Source: Aigarchaeota archaeon
GTDB taxonomy: Archaea > Thermoproteota > Nitrososphaeria_A > Caldarchaeales > Calditenuaceae
Assembly (NCBI GenBank): GCA_025059745.1
Contig: JANXDH010000004.1
Coordinates: 396,618-460,617, forward strand
Direction of reading: 5' to 3'
DNA length: 64,000 bases
The notes beneath the pieces are model-generated. The model was not told where the DNA came from. It did no database searches and saw only the letters and a program-made list of their open reading frames with translations. A program made the position numbers and the translations under genes. Position 1 is the first letter of the stretch, and each line of letters opens with the position of its first letter. Below, piece by piece: positions 17,484 to 27,381 of this stretch.

Positions 17484-18635
17484 ATGACCTTTATAGGTAA
17501 GATAGAGGGGCTAAAGGCAGCCTCTCTACACTCTCAGTATTTCGAGGAGTACGTCCTCCTGAGCAGATACGTCGACAGGTTACTCATCGTCACGGACACG
17601 CTGAAGACTCCCGTGAAGGACCTCCACATCCCTGACAACGTCCAGATAGCGAAGGTGCCTGCGATCAGAGTCCCCAAGGTCTACGGCTCCTCGAAGACCC
17701 TCTTCTACACCATGGCGCCCCTAATGAGAAGGATCGACACGATCTACGTGAGGACGTTCAGCCCCCCTGAACTATGCTCCCTGTGGGTAGGAAGTGGAGT
17801 CTTCGGTCTCCCATCCGTTCTTGTCCTACCAGGGACCTGGTTGTTCGGTCCACCCTCCAGACCTATTGGGAAAGAGAAGTTCTATAGGTGGTTCTTGAGG
17901 AGGGCCTTGGACGCCGCAGACAGGGTCATCCTATACTCCAGACTCATGCTACCCGACGTACTCCTCTATCACCCCAACGTCAATACCTCGAAGTTCCGCT
18001 ACGTCCACAACGCGGTCAACATCGAGCGTTACTCTCCACTTGGCGATCCGGACCCGGATTTGGTGAGGATTAAGGGGGGCCGGCGATGCGTCCTCTACGT
18101 CGGCCGGATAAATGAGAAGAAGGGCATCCGTGACCTAATACTAGCGTTCGAGAGGGTCGCGCGCGAGGTCCCTGACTCCGTCTTAGTCCTCGTCGGCGAG
18201 GGTTCGAAGGACTACGTGATGAGCCTGAGAGGTGTTGTCTCATCGAAGCACCTCGCGGACAGGGTTATATTCTTAGGACCCGTCCCAAACGAGAGGGTAC
18301 CCAAGGTCCTGAGAACGGCCGACGTAATCGCGTACCCGAGCAGGGAGGGAGAGGGAATACCGAGGGCCATACTCGAGGCTCTGGCTACAGGAAAGCCGGT
18401 GGTGGCCACTCGCGTCGCAGGTACGCCAGAGGCTGTTATCGACGGTCACACCGGTCTCATCGTTGAACCGAGGGACGTCAACGGGTTATCGGATCGCATC
18501 CTGAGACTTCTCAATGACGAGAGGACAGCACGCCTCCTTGGTTCGAGGGGTAGAGAGTTGGTAGAGAGGGAGTTCAGCTATGACGTCGTCCTCCCGAAGG
18601 TCGCGGAACTTATCAGAGAAGTAAATGGTAAATAA
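17484..18635 (+). CDS. glycosyltransferase, GT4/GT1 (GT-B) family
   Basis: C-terminal GT-B motifs YVGRINEKKGI, PSREGEGIPRAILEALATGKPVVATRVAG; the ORF opens at 17325 but overlaps the divergent gene, so the ATG at 17484 is preferred. Confidence 0.8.
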   Translation: MTFIGKIEGLKAASLHSQYFEEYVLLSRYVDRLLIVTDTLKTPVKDLHIPDNVQIAKVPAIRVPKVYGSSKTLFYTMAPLMRRIDTIYVRTFSPPELCSLWVGSGVFGLPSVLVLPGTWLFGPPSRPIGKEKFYRWFLRRALDAADRVILYSRLMLPDVLLYHPNVNTSKFRYVHNAVNIERYSPLGDPDPDLVRIKGGRRCVLYVGRINEKKGIRDLILAFERVAREVPDSVLVLVGEGSKDYVMSLRGVVSSKHLADRVIFLGPVPNERVPKVLRTADVIAYPSREGEGIPRAILEALATGKPVVATRVAGTPEAVIDGHTGLIVEPRDVNGLSDRILRLLNDERTARLLGSRGRELVEREFSYDVVLPKVAELIREVNGK

Positions 18636-18656
18636 CAGGCTAGTGGAGGGTACTGC

Positions 18657-19676
18657 ATGTCTAGGAATAGGGTGACGATCTTTGGAGGGTCAGGCTTCAT
18701 AGGGTCCGCCGTCTCCAAGAGGTTGATTGAGGAGGGGTTTCACGTCCGCGTCGCGGACCTCTCATATCCAAAACCTGGACACTTCTCGGAGTTCATCAGC
18801 TGCGATATCAGAGACCATAGGGCCGTTCAGAGGGCAGCAGAGGACAGCGACGTGGTGATTAACACCGCGATAATACAGATACCCCGTATCAGCCAGGATC
18901 CCAAGCTAGGTTACGAGGTGAACGTGATAGGAACCCAGAACGTCTGCGAGGCCGTCGTACGCAACTCCAACTGCAAAGGCCTTATCCACGCGGGGACCTG
19001 GCACACCGTCGGAGAGATAGGCCTGGAGGGTATCATCGACGAGGATTTCGGTTACAGGCCGGACAAGGTCGAGGAGCGCGCTAGGATCTACGTACTAACG
19101 AAGGTATGCCAGGAGGTAACGGTCAGGCTCTTCAACTACATCAGACGGGAGAAGAGGTTCATAGTGCTCCGTACAGGTACTGTGATGGGTAGGGACATGC
19201 CTGAGCAGACTGCCGCCAGGATCTTCATAAAGAATGCCCTCCAGGGCAGGCCTATAACGCCATATAGGCATAGTATGCACAGACCGATGCTATACGTGGA
19301 CGTCAACGACGTCTCAAACGCGTACCTCGCGGCCGCCAAGTTAATACTCGATTCAGGAGAGACCGATAGCCCCCAAGTCTTCAACGTCTTCCATCCGGAA
19401 CCAATAACCATAATTGAGCTCGCCGAGGAGGTCAAGCGTTCCGTCGAGGAGCTAACCAAGGGAAGGATAGCCCCGACCATAGAGGTCTTGGATCAAGGTG
19501 TCGAACCGCTCTATACCCCACAAGACAAATTTAAGTTCACTTTCAGGCTCGACAGGTTGCAGAGGTTACTGGGTCAATACAATCTGAGGAATCCGAGGGA
19601 GTCAGTTAGAGATATCATACGTAGCGAACTAGAGAATTCGGGTCAAAAGTTGAGTGCGAAGAGAGAACTTTCATAA
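18657..19676 (+). CDS. NAD-dependent epimerase/dehydratase family protein
   Basis: 339 aa; FGGSGFIGSAV Rossmann motif, YVLTK catalytic motif. Confidence 0.8.
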   Translation: MSRNRVTIFGGSGFIGSAVSKRLIEEGFHVRVADLSYPKPGHFSEFISCDIRDHRAVQRAAEDSDVVINTAIIQIPRISQDPKLGYEVNVIGTQNVCEAVVRNSNCKGLIHAGTWHTVGEIGLEGIIDEDFGYRPDKVEERARIYVLTKVCQEVTVRLFNYIRREKRFIVLRTGTVMGRDMPEQTAARIFIKNALQGRPITPYRHSMHRPMLYVDVNDVSNAYLAAAKLILDSGETDSPQVFNVFHPEPITIIELAEEVKRSVEELTKGRIAPTIEVLDQGVEPLYTPQDKFKFTFRLDRLQRLLGQYNLRNPRESVRDIIRSELENSGQKLSAKRELS

Positions 19677-19710
19677 CTGTACCCCGAGAGATCCTCTGAC
19701 CTCACCAGAG

Positions 19711-21216
19711 ATGACCCGCATCAGACTCAGACTCACGGGAGCTATCGCCTTCGTATCAAGCATCTATGGTCAACTCATCGGCCTCCTCTTCTCGATACTA
19801 ATAGCTAGGAGACTCGCCCCCGACGTGTTCGGTTCCTGGGCGTATATCGGTTTCCTCATCTCGTATTCCCTGATACCGTTCAACCTGATTAATTCGTGGA
19901 TAGCGAGGGACTCCGCTCGTGGCAGAAAGGTTCAAGTCCCTGTACTGATAGCCAGTTCGTTCCTTTTTCCGCCAAGCGTGATAATCTATTTAGCAGTAGC
20001 GTATTATACGCACTCACAGATAGCCACCGACCTAAGCGTTCTGCTTCTCGGGCTCCTCGTGTTAATACCCAACTCTCTGGTCAACCTCTACGCTGCCATC
20101 GTCACCGGTTACGCTCCCCATCTTCAGGTAGTAGGCTCGATGCTCTTCGAGACCGTCAAGCTCTTAGTTGCGGTTGCGTTGGTCCTCGGACTGAAGGACG
20201 TATCATTGAACGCGGCGATACTCTCGGTATCTCTCGGTTACATTGCCTATCTGATGTTCTTAGTGGTCATAGCCAGGGAGACTTTAGGGCCAGAAGACAT
20301 CAGAGGGGCGCTTGGTAGATGGTTGAGAGGTTCCGTCCTCTCGGGCGTCGCTATTGCAGTTTATACGTTTTACGGTCTCGATATATTACTGATAAGCATC
20401 TTCACGGGAGGTACGTTGATTACGGGGTATTGGCAGGCCGCTTTAATCGTCTCATCACTCATCAACGCCCCCTCTCTATTGATCGGCGCCCTCTTTCAAA
20501 GACTGCTAGCTGGAGGAGATATGAGGGACGCCTCAAAGAGCCTCCACTTCACGTTAACGTTGGCGGTCCCCCTCTTTTTTGGTATCGTCGTGCTCTCAGA
20601 TTACCTACTATCTATCCTCAACCCACTCTACGCAGAGGTGTGGCCCGTGGCCTCTATATTAGCAGCGACGACCTTCGTTTCCATCGTGTATACTTTCTAC
20701 ACTACAATAATAAGCGCCACAGAGACCATCGATCAGACAGGAGTTCCCCGCCTCCGCGAGTATCTGCGAAGCAGGATAGCCTTCACAATTTACGTGATGG
20801 GCGCGACGGTACCGGTCTACTTAGTGCCCATACTGGTCATACTCACCACTTTCGAAGGACCCCCCTCGCTCACCCTCACTGCGATCGCATCGGTGAAGCT
20901 GCTCGTGACCTCACTCCAGACGATGATCTATTACCTCTACGTAAGAAGACACGTAAGACTCTCTATCAGTACGCGTGAGGTAGTCCCGTACTTCTCCTCC
21001 TCATTGGCGATGATGTCTGTGATCTTAACGGTCAAGCAGATGTTAGGCCCGCCAGCGCCACAGCTCTTCTCGACTTTAGCGGATTTCGGAGCACTCGCAC
21101 TGATAGGCGCCTCCGTATACTTCCCACTCCTTTACGCCACTAGTGGCCGTTTCAGGTCATTGGTGAGGGACTTGAGGGCCTTCTTTCAGGGGATCCTACG
21201 CGGCCCCGGTCTGTAG
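19711..21216 (+). CDS. polysaccharide/oligosaccharide flippase (MOP/Wzx-like polytopic membrane protein)
   Basis: About 500 aa, hydrophobic throughout with more than 10 predicted TM segments; located in the glycan gene cluster; ATG at 19711 inside ORF 19654-21216. Confidence 0.65.
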   Translation: MTRIRLRLTGAIAFVSSIYGQLIGLLFSILIARRLAPDVFGSWAYIGFLISYSLIPFNLINSWIARDSARGRKVQVPVLIASSFLFPPSVIIYLAVAYYTHSQIATDLSVLLLGLLVLIPNSLVNLYAAIVTGYAPHLQVVGSMLFETVKLLVAVALVLGLKDVSLNAAILSVSLGYIAYLMFLVVIARETLGPEDIRGALGRWLRGSVLSGVAIAVYTFYGLDILLISIFTGGTLITGYWQAALIVSSLINAPSLLIGALFQRLLAGGDMRDASKSLHFTLTLAVPLFFGIVVLSDYLLSILNPLYAEVWPVASILAATTFVSIVYTFYTTIISATETIDQTGVPRLREYLRSRIAFTIYVMGATVPVYLVPILVILTTFEGPPSLTLTAIASVKLLVTSLQTMIYYLYVRRHVRLSISTREVVPYFSSSLAMMSVILTVKQMLGPPAPQLFSTLADFGALALIGASVYFPLLYATSGRFRSLVRDLRAFFQGILRGPGL

Positions 21217-21338
21217 GACAGGTAGACTTCAACTTGATCACGTCTGCGACCGCCCGCACGCTGGGCAGTTTATCGATATCGAGTATATTGACGCTAGACC
21301 TAAATCAGGCCGATGGGTGCTTGGGATATGGTGGTGCA

Positions 21339-21440
21339 GGGGGCGTAGCCTAGCAAGGTCTACGGCGCCGGGCTCCAGATCTGTGCTACCTGGTCAGAAG
21401 CGTAACCCGGAGATCGTGGGTTCAAATCCCACCGCCCCCA
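21339..21440 (+). tRNA. tRNA-Trp (anticodon CCA at 21375-21377) with 26-nt intron at 21379-21404
   Basis: Acceptor GGGGGCG/CGCCCCC, anticodon stem CCGGG/CCCGG, T arm GTGGG-TTCAAAT-CCCAC, discriminator A; intron CUGG can pair with CCAG of the loop. Confidence 0.85.
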
Positions 21441-21507
21441 ACTCCTCGATCTGCTACCAGTTCAAAGACTACTCACTCCACGGATAGTTCATCAGATATC
21501 GTTCTTG

Positions 21508-21579
21508 TGGACCGGCGGGGATTCGAACCCCGGACCTCCCGCACGCCAAGCGGGCGATCTTCCGCTGATCTACCGGCCC
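21508..21579 (-). tRNA. tRNA-Ala (anticodon GGC)
   Basis: Reverse complement GGGCCGG-TA-GATC-AGCGGAA-GATC-G-CCCGC-TTGGCGT-GCGGG-AGGTC-CGGGG-TTCGAAT-CCCCG-CCGGTCC-A; the G3:U70 alanine identity pair is present. Confidence 0.9.
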
Positions 21580-21656
21580 CCTGAGGATAGGTTCAGTGGA
21601 CATCCATTTTACCTACGTCTCTATTCATAAAGTTTTTTAAATCCGGCCAATATTAT

Positions 21657-22469
21657 GTGACGAATTATATGGCCTCTAAACCACTGAACGAGTTGCTCTC
21701 ACTGAGGAACAGGACAGCCCTCATCACAGGATCGGCAATGGGCATAGGGAAATCGATCGCGGAGAGGTTCGGCGAGGCCGGCGCGGACCTAATCTTGGTC
21801 GATATCAACGAGGAGGGGCTCAAAGAAGTCTCCAGATCAATAACTGAGAGGTACGGGGTAAAAGTGCGGATCTTCAGGACCGACCTCTCTAAGAGGGATG
21901 AGATTGATCGATTGTGGGAGTCGATCGGTGACGAGACTCCAGACATTTTAGTTAACAACGCTGGCATCTACCAGTTTCGTGACTTCCTAGAGGTCGACGA
22001 GCAATTCCTTGAAAGGACGCTCTCAGTGAACCTGAAGTCCGTCTTCTACATGTGCCAGCACATGATAAGAAAGCGAGGTGATAGGGGCGGCGTTATAATC
22101 AACGTGAGCTCGATAGAGGCGATGCTACACTTGGTCAGAGGACTTACACATTACAGCGTGAGCAAGATCGGTCTGGTAGCCCTCAGCAGATCACTCGCCA
22201 GCGAATACGGTGAGAAGGGTTACAGGGTTAACGTAGTTATGCCCGGGGGAATAAGGACGCCCGGCACCGAGAAGGTGAGGAGAGAGATGATGAAGAGGCT
22301 CCAGCTCGGCTTCATATTCACCGGTCTCCGGTTCATGTCCAGGCTACCACTAAAGAGGCTTGGGGAGCCTGACGAGGTGGCAAAAGTGGTTCTATTCCTG
22401 GCGTCGGATATGTCGAGCTACGTCACTGGTGCAGTGATCACTGTAGACGGCGGTTTCCTGGCTGACTGA
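21657..22469 (+). CDS. short-chain dehydrogenase/reductase (SDR)
   Basis: 270 aa; TGSAMGIGKSIA cofactor motif, NNAG, YSVSK catalytic motif. Confidence 0.85.
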   Translation: MTNYMASKPLNELLSLRNRTALITGSAMGIGKSIAERFGEAGADLILVDINEEGLKEVSRSITERYGVKVRIFRTDLSKRDEIDRLWESIGDETPDILVNNAGIYQFRDFLEVDEQFLERTLSVNLKSVFYMCQHMIRKRGDRGGVIINVSSIEAMLHLVRGLTHYSVSKIGLVALSRSLASEYGEKGYRVNVVMPGGIRTPGTEKVRREMMKRLQLGFIFTGLRFMSRLPLKRLGEPDEVAKVVLFLASDMSSYVTGAVITVDGGFLAD

Positions 22470-22532
22470 GATGGAAGCGCTGTCCTTATCTATCACATAA
22501 TCCATATAACCCGCGGTCATTCTTGAGTTTAC

Positions 22533-22829
22533 GTGCGCGTGGTAGCTATAGGTGGCAGGAGTTTCGTCACTTGTATGAAGATCGCGGGTACTGGCGGTGT
22601 GGTCACAGAGAGCGCGGATGAGGCATTGAGAACGATCAATAATCTCCTGTCCGACCCCAACGTTGGTCTCATACTGGTCAGCGACGAGTATGGAGATGAA
22701 CTCTCTCTGAAGCTCAACGATATAAGGTCAAAAACCACCCTGCCAATAATCTACGAGGTCCCCGCACCTAGGTCCCAGCAGAAGATGGTCGATTACAGGG
22801 CCCTGCTCAGACGCGTACTAGGTATATAA
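22533..22829 (+). CDS. atpF: A/V-type ATP synthase subunit F
   Basis: 98 aa; VVAIGGRSFVTCMKIAGTGG...VGLILVSDEY pattern typical of subunit F; precedes atpE and atpA. Confidence 0.75.
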   Translation: MRVVAIGGRSFVTCMKIAGTGGVVTESADEALRTINNLLSDPNVGLILVSDEYGDELSLKLNDIRSKTTLPIIYEVPAPRSQQKMVDYRALLRRVLGI

Positions 22830-22859
22830 CGTAGCCTCCTACGAGTCTAGCCTGAAGGT

Positions 22860-23468
22860 TTGTCCGCGAGTCTCGAGAAGATTATCGAAGAGATAGTCAA
22901 CGAAGCCCTCGCCGAATACGTGAAGCAGATAGATGAGGCGCGGGAAGAGGCCAAGAGGCGTATGGGTGAGTTGAGGGAGAACTTAACGGCCGAACTGAAG
23001 CAGAAGAGGGAGGCGGTAGCAAGGGAGGTGGCGGCTTACAAGTTGAAGATCATGAGTCAGGCGGAACTCGAGTCCAAGCGCCTTCAATTACAGGAGTTGG
23101 ACAGGGCGATAGAGATGGTCTTCTCTAGGTCGATCGAGAAGATAAGGGGGGTTAAGAACTCAAAGAGGTACGAGGAGGCGATAAGGAAGATGCTCTATCA
23201 GTCGATAAGCGCGATAAACACGGAGAGCGTCTCGGTCTACTGCAGTCCGGAGGACGCGAGGTTAGTCGAGAACGTCTCCAAGTCCCTCTCGAGGGAGTTA
23301 AATCGGTCGATCGTTGTTGAGGACGACCACCTCGACTGCATAGGGGGCGTGAAGGTATCAAGCTCCGATGGGAAGGTGCTAATCGATAACACGTTGGAGA
23401 CCAGACTGACCAGGTTGAAAGAGTCTCTTAGGTCCGATGTGGCCCGGCGGCTCTTAGAGGACCTGTAA
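22860..23468 (+). CDS. atpE: A/V-type ATP synthase subunit E
   Basis: 202 aa; long N-terminal charged helix and C-terminal globular part ending in DNTLETRL; position between F and A. Confidence 0.7.
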   Translation: MSASLEKIIEEIVNEALAEYVKQIDEAREEAKRRMGELRENLTAELKQKREAVAREVAAYKLKIMSQAELESKRLQLQELDRAIEMVFSRSIEKIRGVKNSKRYEEAIRKMLYQSISAINTESVSVYCSPEDARLVENVSKSLSRELNRSIVVEDDHLDCIGGVKVSSSDGKVLIDNTLETRLTRLKESLRSDVARRLLEDL

Positions 23469-23505
23469 ACATTTTTTAGTAACTGAGACTGTTAGCACTC
23501 GAAGG

Positions 23506-25281
23506 ATGAGCGGAAAGGGCAGAGTGATCTGGGTGGCCGGTCCGGCGGTGAAAGCCGACGGCATGATGGGCGCGAAGATGTACGAGACGGTCTACGTCGG
23601 TGAAGCGGGCGTTATCGGTGAGGTGATCAAGTTGACGGGTGACGTGGCGTTCATACAGGTCTACGAGAACACCTCAGGTCTCACACCCGGTGAGCCCGTG
23701 ACGAGGACGGGGCTGCCGCTATCAGTGACCTTAGGTCCGGGCATGATTGGAAGCGTATACGATGGGGTCCAGAGGCCCTTGGACAGGATCGCTAAGCAGG
23801 TGGGGCCCTTCGTCAAGAGAGGGGTTACCGTCCCCTCATTACAGGTAGAAAAGAGGTGGAAGTTCATACCTACGGTAAAGAAGGGGTCTAGAGTCGGTCC
23901 AGGGGACGTCATAGGGGTCGTCCAGGAGTCTCCCCTAGTAGAGTGTAAGATAATGGTCCCGCCCAATGTCCCATCCGGTGAGCTGACAGAGCTAGAGCCT
24001 GAGGGAGAGTACACCATCGAAGATGAGATAGCTGAGGTGAAGACCAACGGTGGGAGCGAACCGATCAAGCTTGCTCACAGGTGGCCGGTACGGAGGCCTA
24101 GACCGTTCGAGAGGAGGCAGGACCCAATAGTGCCGTTGATCACCGGACAGAGGGTGCTGGACACAATCTTTCCCATGGCTAAGGGCGGCACCGCGTGTAT
24201 ACCGGGCGCATTCGGTACCGGTAAGACGGTGACCCTCCACCAGCTAGCGAAATGGAGCGACGCGAAGGTGATACTGCACATAGGGTGCGGTGAGAGGGGC
24301 AACGAGGAGGCGGAGGTACTGACGGAATTCCCCCACCTCACGGATCCCAACACGGGTAGACCTCTGATGGAGCGCACCGTCCTCATAGCGAATACCAGCA
24401 ACATGCCAGTCGCTGCTCGTGAGGCCAGCATCTACACAGGCGCAACTATCGCGGAGTTCTACCGTGACATGGGATACGACGTTCTACTCGTCGCAGACTC
24501 GACGAGCAGGTGGGCCGAGGCCCTGAGGGAGATAAGCGGTAGGCTGGAGGAGATGCCGGCCGAGGAGGGATATCCCAGTTATCTGGCGAGCAGGTTAGCG
24601 GAGTTCTACGAGAGGGCAGGAAGGGTCAAGGTACTTGGATCGCCCGAGAGGGTCGGCAGCCTTACGCTGGTGGGGGCCGTCTCACCGCCGGGTGGTGACT
24701 TCACGGAACCGGTCACCACGCATACTCTAAGGTTCGTGAGGACATTCTGGGCTCTAGACCCGAACTTAGCGTACACCAGACACTACCCCGCGATCAACTG
24801 GATCATGAGCTACTCCGCGTACGTCGATACCGTCAGGACTTGGTGGGAGAGCGAGATATCCAAGTCGTGGTACGAGTACAGATCCGAGATGTACCGTCTG
24901 CTGAGGAGGGAAGACGAACTCTTGGAGATAGTGAGGCTGCTGGGACCAGAGTCTCTGGCAGACGAGGAGAAGCTGGTCCTCGATGTGGCTCGCATGATCA
25001 GGGAGGGATTTCTCCAGCAGAGCGCGTATGATGAGATAGACTCGTACTGTGGAACCGTAAAGCAGATGAAACTGGCCGCGCTATTCGTCGACTTTTACAG
25101 AGAGGCCGCGCGGGCGCTATCGAAAGGCGTCCAACTCTCGACCATCAGATCCATGGGCATAATATCCAAGATCATCAGGGCAAAGTACGAGATCAGCAAC
25201 GATCAGGTCGAACAGCTCGATAGATTGAGTGAGGAGATGATCAAGGAGTTCGAGTCGCTTAAGGTGGAGGTCACCGCCTAA
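23506..25281 (+). CDS. atpA: A/V-type ATP synthase catalytic subunit A
   Basis: 591 aa; Walker [10 protein letters not shown], non-homologous region, [21 protein letters not shown]; normal length, so no intein. Confidence 0.95.
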   Translation: MSGKGRVIWVAGPAVKADGMMGAKMYETVYVGEAGVIGEVIKLTGDVAFIQVYENTSGLTPGEPVTRTGLPLSVTLGPGMIGSVYDGVQRPLDRIAKQVGPFVKRGVTVPSLQVEKRWKFIPTVKKGSRVGPGDVIGVVQESPLVECKIMVPPNVPSGELTELEPEGEYTIEDEIAEVKTNGGSEPIKLAHRWPVRRPRPFERRQDPIVPLITGQRVLDTIFPMAKGGTACIPGAFGTGKTVTLHQLAKWSDAKVILHIGCGERGNEEAEVLTEFPHLTDPNTGRPLMERTVLIANTSNMPVAAREASIYTGATIAEFYRDMGYDVLLVADSTSRWAEALREISGRLEEMPAEEGYPSYLASRLAEFYERAGRVKVLGSPERVGSLTLVGAVSPPGGDFTEPVTTHTLRFVRTFWALDPNLAYTRHYPAINWIMSYSAYVDTVRTWWESEISKSWYEYRSEMYRLLRREDELLEIVRLLGPESLADEEKLVLDVARMIREGFLQQSAYDEIDSYCGTVKQMKLAALFVDFYREAARALSKGVQLSTIRSMGIISKIIRAKYEISNDQVEQLDRLSEEMIKEFESLKVEVTA

Positions 25282-26072
25282 ATCAGCTCAATCTCCACCT
25301 CCTCGCCCTGTTCAACACTCAAAAATTTACTAGCGCTGCACTGATTGACCGATATCTCTAGGAAGCCTGTACCCCCGAACAAGGCTATCAACTCACCCCC
25401 TCTCCCTTCAGCATAGGATTTCACGAGCCTCGCGTCATATCTCGCCTCACCAATCTTCAGCCTCATGATGGCACCTACGGGAATGAACCTAAGAGCCTCT
25501 TGGGGGATACTGGTTACCAAGTTGCCGAACCGGTCCACGTGCAAGACCCTTCCTGACGCCCTCTTTAGACCCTCCTCGAGCTCGAAACGAAACTCCAGCC
25601 TCACCAACTCGTCCCTCTTCAATCGATGCATCCTAGGCCGTCTACCTTTCGCGATCTCCGCAGCTACTCTCGCGAAGACGTCTCGACCGTGGAAAGTCTC
25701 TCCGTACGGCCTCGCGTAGTACCGCTCATCTATCGAGTAAACGGCCAGTATCCCGTCCTCGTTCGCAGCCGGGTAGAGCAGTCCGTTGTCGGGCCCTACG
25801 AAGTAGTAGTTCCTTGAATTAATCACCAGACCCCTCCGCGCGCTCCCGACACCGGGGTCGACCACCGCCTCAAATATCGTCCCCTTGGGGAAGAACCTGT
25901 AGCTGAGTAGTAACAGGAAAGCCCCATGTTCCACATCGAAGGGTCTGACTTCGTGAGTTATGTCGATTATATCCACGAAGTTGCAGACACTCTTTATCAC
26001 GGCCTTTACCTCGCCCACGTAGGGATCTGAGAGCCCGTAATCCGTGAGCAAGGCAATAACCCTCCTCCTCAT
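25278..26072 (-). CDS. SAM hydroxide adenosyltransferase family protein (DUF62, chlorinase/fluorinase-like)
   Basis: 264 aa; [36 protein letters not shown]. Confidence 0.8.
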   Translation of the reverse strand: MRRRVIALLTDYGLSDPYVGEVKAVIKSVCNFVDIIDITHEVRPFDVEHGAFLLLLSYRFFPKGTIFEAVVDPGVGSARRGLVINSRNYYFVGPDNGLLYPAANEDGILAVYSIDERYYARPYGETFHGRDVFARVAAEIAKGRRPRMHRLKRDELVRLEFRFELEEGLKRASGRVLHVDRFGNLVTSIPQEALRFIPVGAIMRLKIGEARYDARLVKSYAEGRGGELIALFGGTGFLEISVNQCSASKFLSVEQGEEVEIELI

Positions 26073-26134
26073 CGATATTGGTTAGACGCTGACGGTCTAA
26101 AAAGCTATAAAATCCTGAAGTCAATTCATCCACG

Positions 26135-26476
26135 ATGGACGAAAACAGGAGATGGCACCTTGAGGACTTCAAGAGAGTCTTCCCCAACCTTTACAGGGAA
26201 CTCTTAGAGAGCTCAGAGAGTGATCGGAGATCGGAGAGGCGAGGACCGATCGAGGCCGAAGAGCTAAGGGGTTACGTCCCGAGGGCCGAGGACTACCTGA
26301 GGCGCTGCAGTAACGACTCAGAGGCGTTGGAGGTCATAGATTACCTCACCAGATCGGGTGAGATAACCCTTGACGAGTCGGAGAAGCTTAAGCATCAACT
26401 CTCCGAGAAGGGTCTGAGGAGTTTCGGGACCTACAAGGAAGAGAACTACTACCTGAAGAGGTGCGCCTCTAGGTGA
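26135..26476 (+). CDS. conserved archaeal hypothetical protein (possibly DUF2095-like)
   Basis: 113-aa ORF with good coding bias; the family assignment is from memory only. Confidence 0.5.
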   Translation: MDENRRWHLEDFKRVFPNLYRELLESSESDRRSERRGPIEAEELRGYVPRAEDYLRRCSNDSEALEVIDYLTRSGEITLDESEKLKHQLSEKGLRSFGTYKEENYYLKRCASR

Positions 26477-26477
26477 T

Positions 26478-27110
26478 CTAGGGCCTTACTTCTACTTCCT
26501 CTCTCGTAGCCACTTCTCCTCTGACCACTGAGGGTGGGAGGGATAAGACCTTTGACTTAACGATGCCGACGTGCCTAGGCAGCAGAATCTTCGTTATCGA
26601 GTTGTAGATATCGGAGGCGGTCTTTCCTAACACAAGCTCCTGAGCCAGCTGATCGAAAGTCAGCCTGCTCGCGGTCTCCTTGAGAACCCGCTCCATGACG
26701 TGCCTTATCTGGGTCCTCTTCCCCCTCCTCAATACCCTGTAGGTGAACACGGTGGATTGTACGCGGAACTTCCCCCCGTCCACAGTCTCTAAGTTATAGT
26801 AGCCGTCGATCTTGGAGGTGCCCCTCCTCACAAGACTCCTGAGGAATTCCCTGCCGTACTCGTGACCGTAGAAGACCGTCTCGGCGATAGAATCTCTGAC
26901 CCTTATCACCTTGAATTTGATCAGCAAGTACTGTTTGGAGAAGTCGTCTGTGAGGTTGTAGAGGCTGACCTGAACGGTCCTATTCACCAACTTCCCCGGA
27001 TCGTCTGTGACTGTCGTCCCCAACTCCCTCTTACCGAAGTACTCGGGGGACATTATGACGTACTCCCTCTTCACCTTCTTCTCCTTTACCGCACCCTCTC
27101 TCTTGGACAA
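26478..27110 (-). CDS. rps3ae: 30S ribosomal protein eS1 (S3Ae)
   Basis: 210 aa; KKVKREY..SPEYFG...VNRTVQVSLYNLTDDFSKQYLLIKFKV. Confidence 0.9.
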   Translation of the reverse strand: MSKREGAVKEKKVKREYVIMSPEYFGKRELGTTVTDDPGKLVNRTVQVSLYNLTDDFSKQYLLIKFKVIRVRDSIAETVFYGHEYGREFLRSLVRRGTSKIDGYYNLETVDGGKFRVQSTVFTYRVLRRGKRTQIRHVMERVLKETASRLTFDQLAQELVLGKTASDIYNSITKILLPRHVGIVKSKVLSLPPSVVRGEVATREEVEVRP

Positions 27111-27138
27111 CCCGGAGCACCACTCGTTGAGAGATCAT

Positions 27139-27381
27139 TTATATCTTTCTACAAGCTATCCGCTCGGCCAACTTTATAGAAGTCAAGAGGTCATCGATGG
27201 TATAGATGAGCGATTCGATGGACCGGGAACTCGTAATCTCCACGATCAGGTCGCTACCCACCCTCTCGCACCTCAAATCCATGCCGACGGGCAGTGGTCT
27301 GTTATCCGGATCGATTGATCTGGCGACTATATCGGCCTCGGCTTGATCGCAGAAGGATATGCGCAACGATGCCCTTATCAC
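27139..27381 (-). CDS. Pcc1/CTAG-family small protein (Pcc1 paralogue, Pcc2-like)
   Basis: 80 aa; beta-alpha pattern resembling Pcc1 (LRISF..AEADIVARSIDPD...LIVEITSS.SIESLIYTIDDLLTSIKLA); GTG start overlaps the recJ-like stop by 1 nt. Confidence 0.45.
   Translation of the reverse strand: MIRASLRISFCDQAEADIVARSIDPDNRPLPVGMDLRCERVGSDLIVEITSSRSIESLIYTIDDLLTSIKLAERIACRKI

Noticed and set aside
20319-20978. 219-aa ORF in an alternative frame inside the flippase gene. Similar long shadow ORFs occur at 42061-42594, 34973-35434, 59592-60404, 46447-46851 and 1828-2229.
   Set aside because: Each lies fully inside or antisense to a gene with clear family motifs. Their translations are low-complexity and Arg/Ser/Pro/Leu-rich, as expected from stop-poor off-frames of GC/AGG-rich coding sequence.
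23506-25281. Checked atpA (and rad50, guaB, moaA) for inteins
   Set aside because: Lengths are normal and the catalytic motifs are contiguous, with no Cys/Ser-initiated insertion or terminal HN block.
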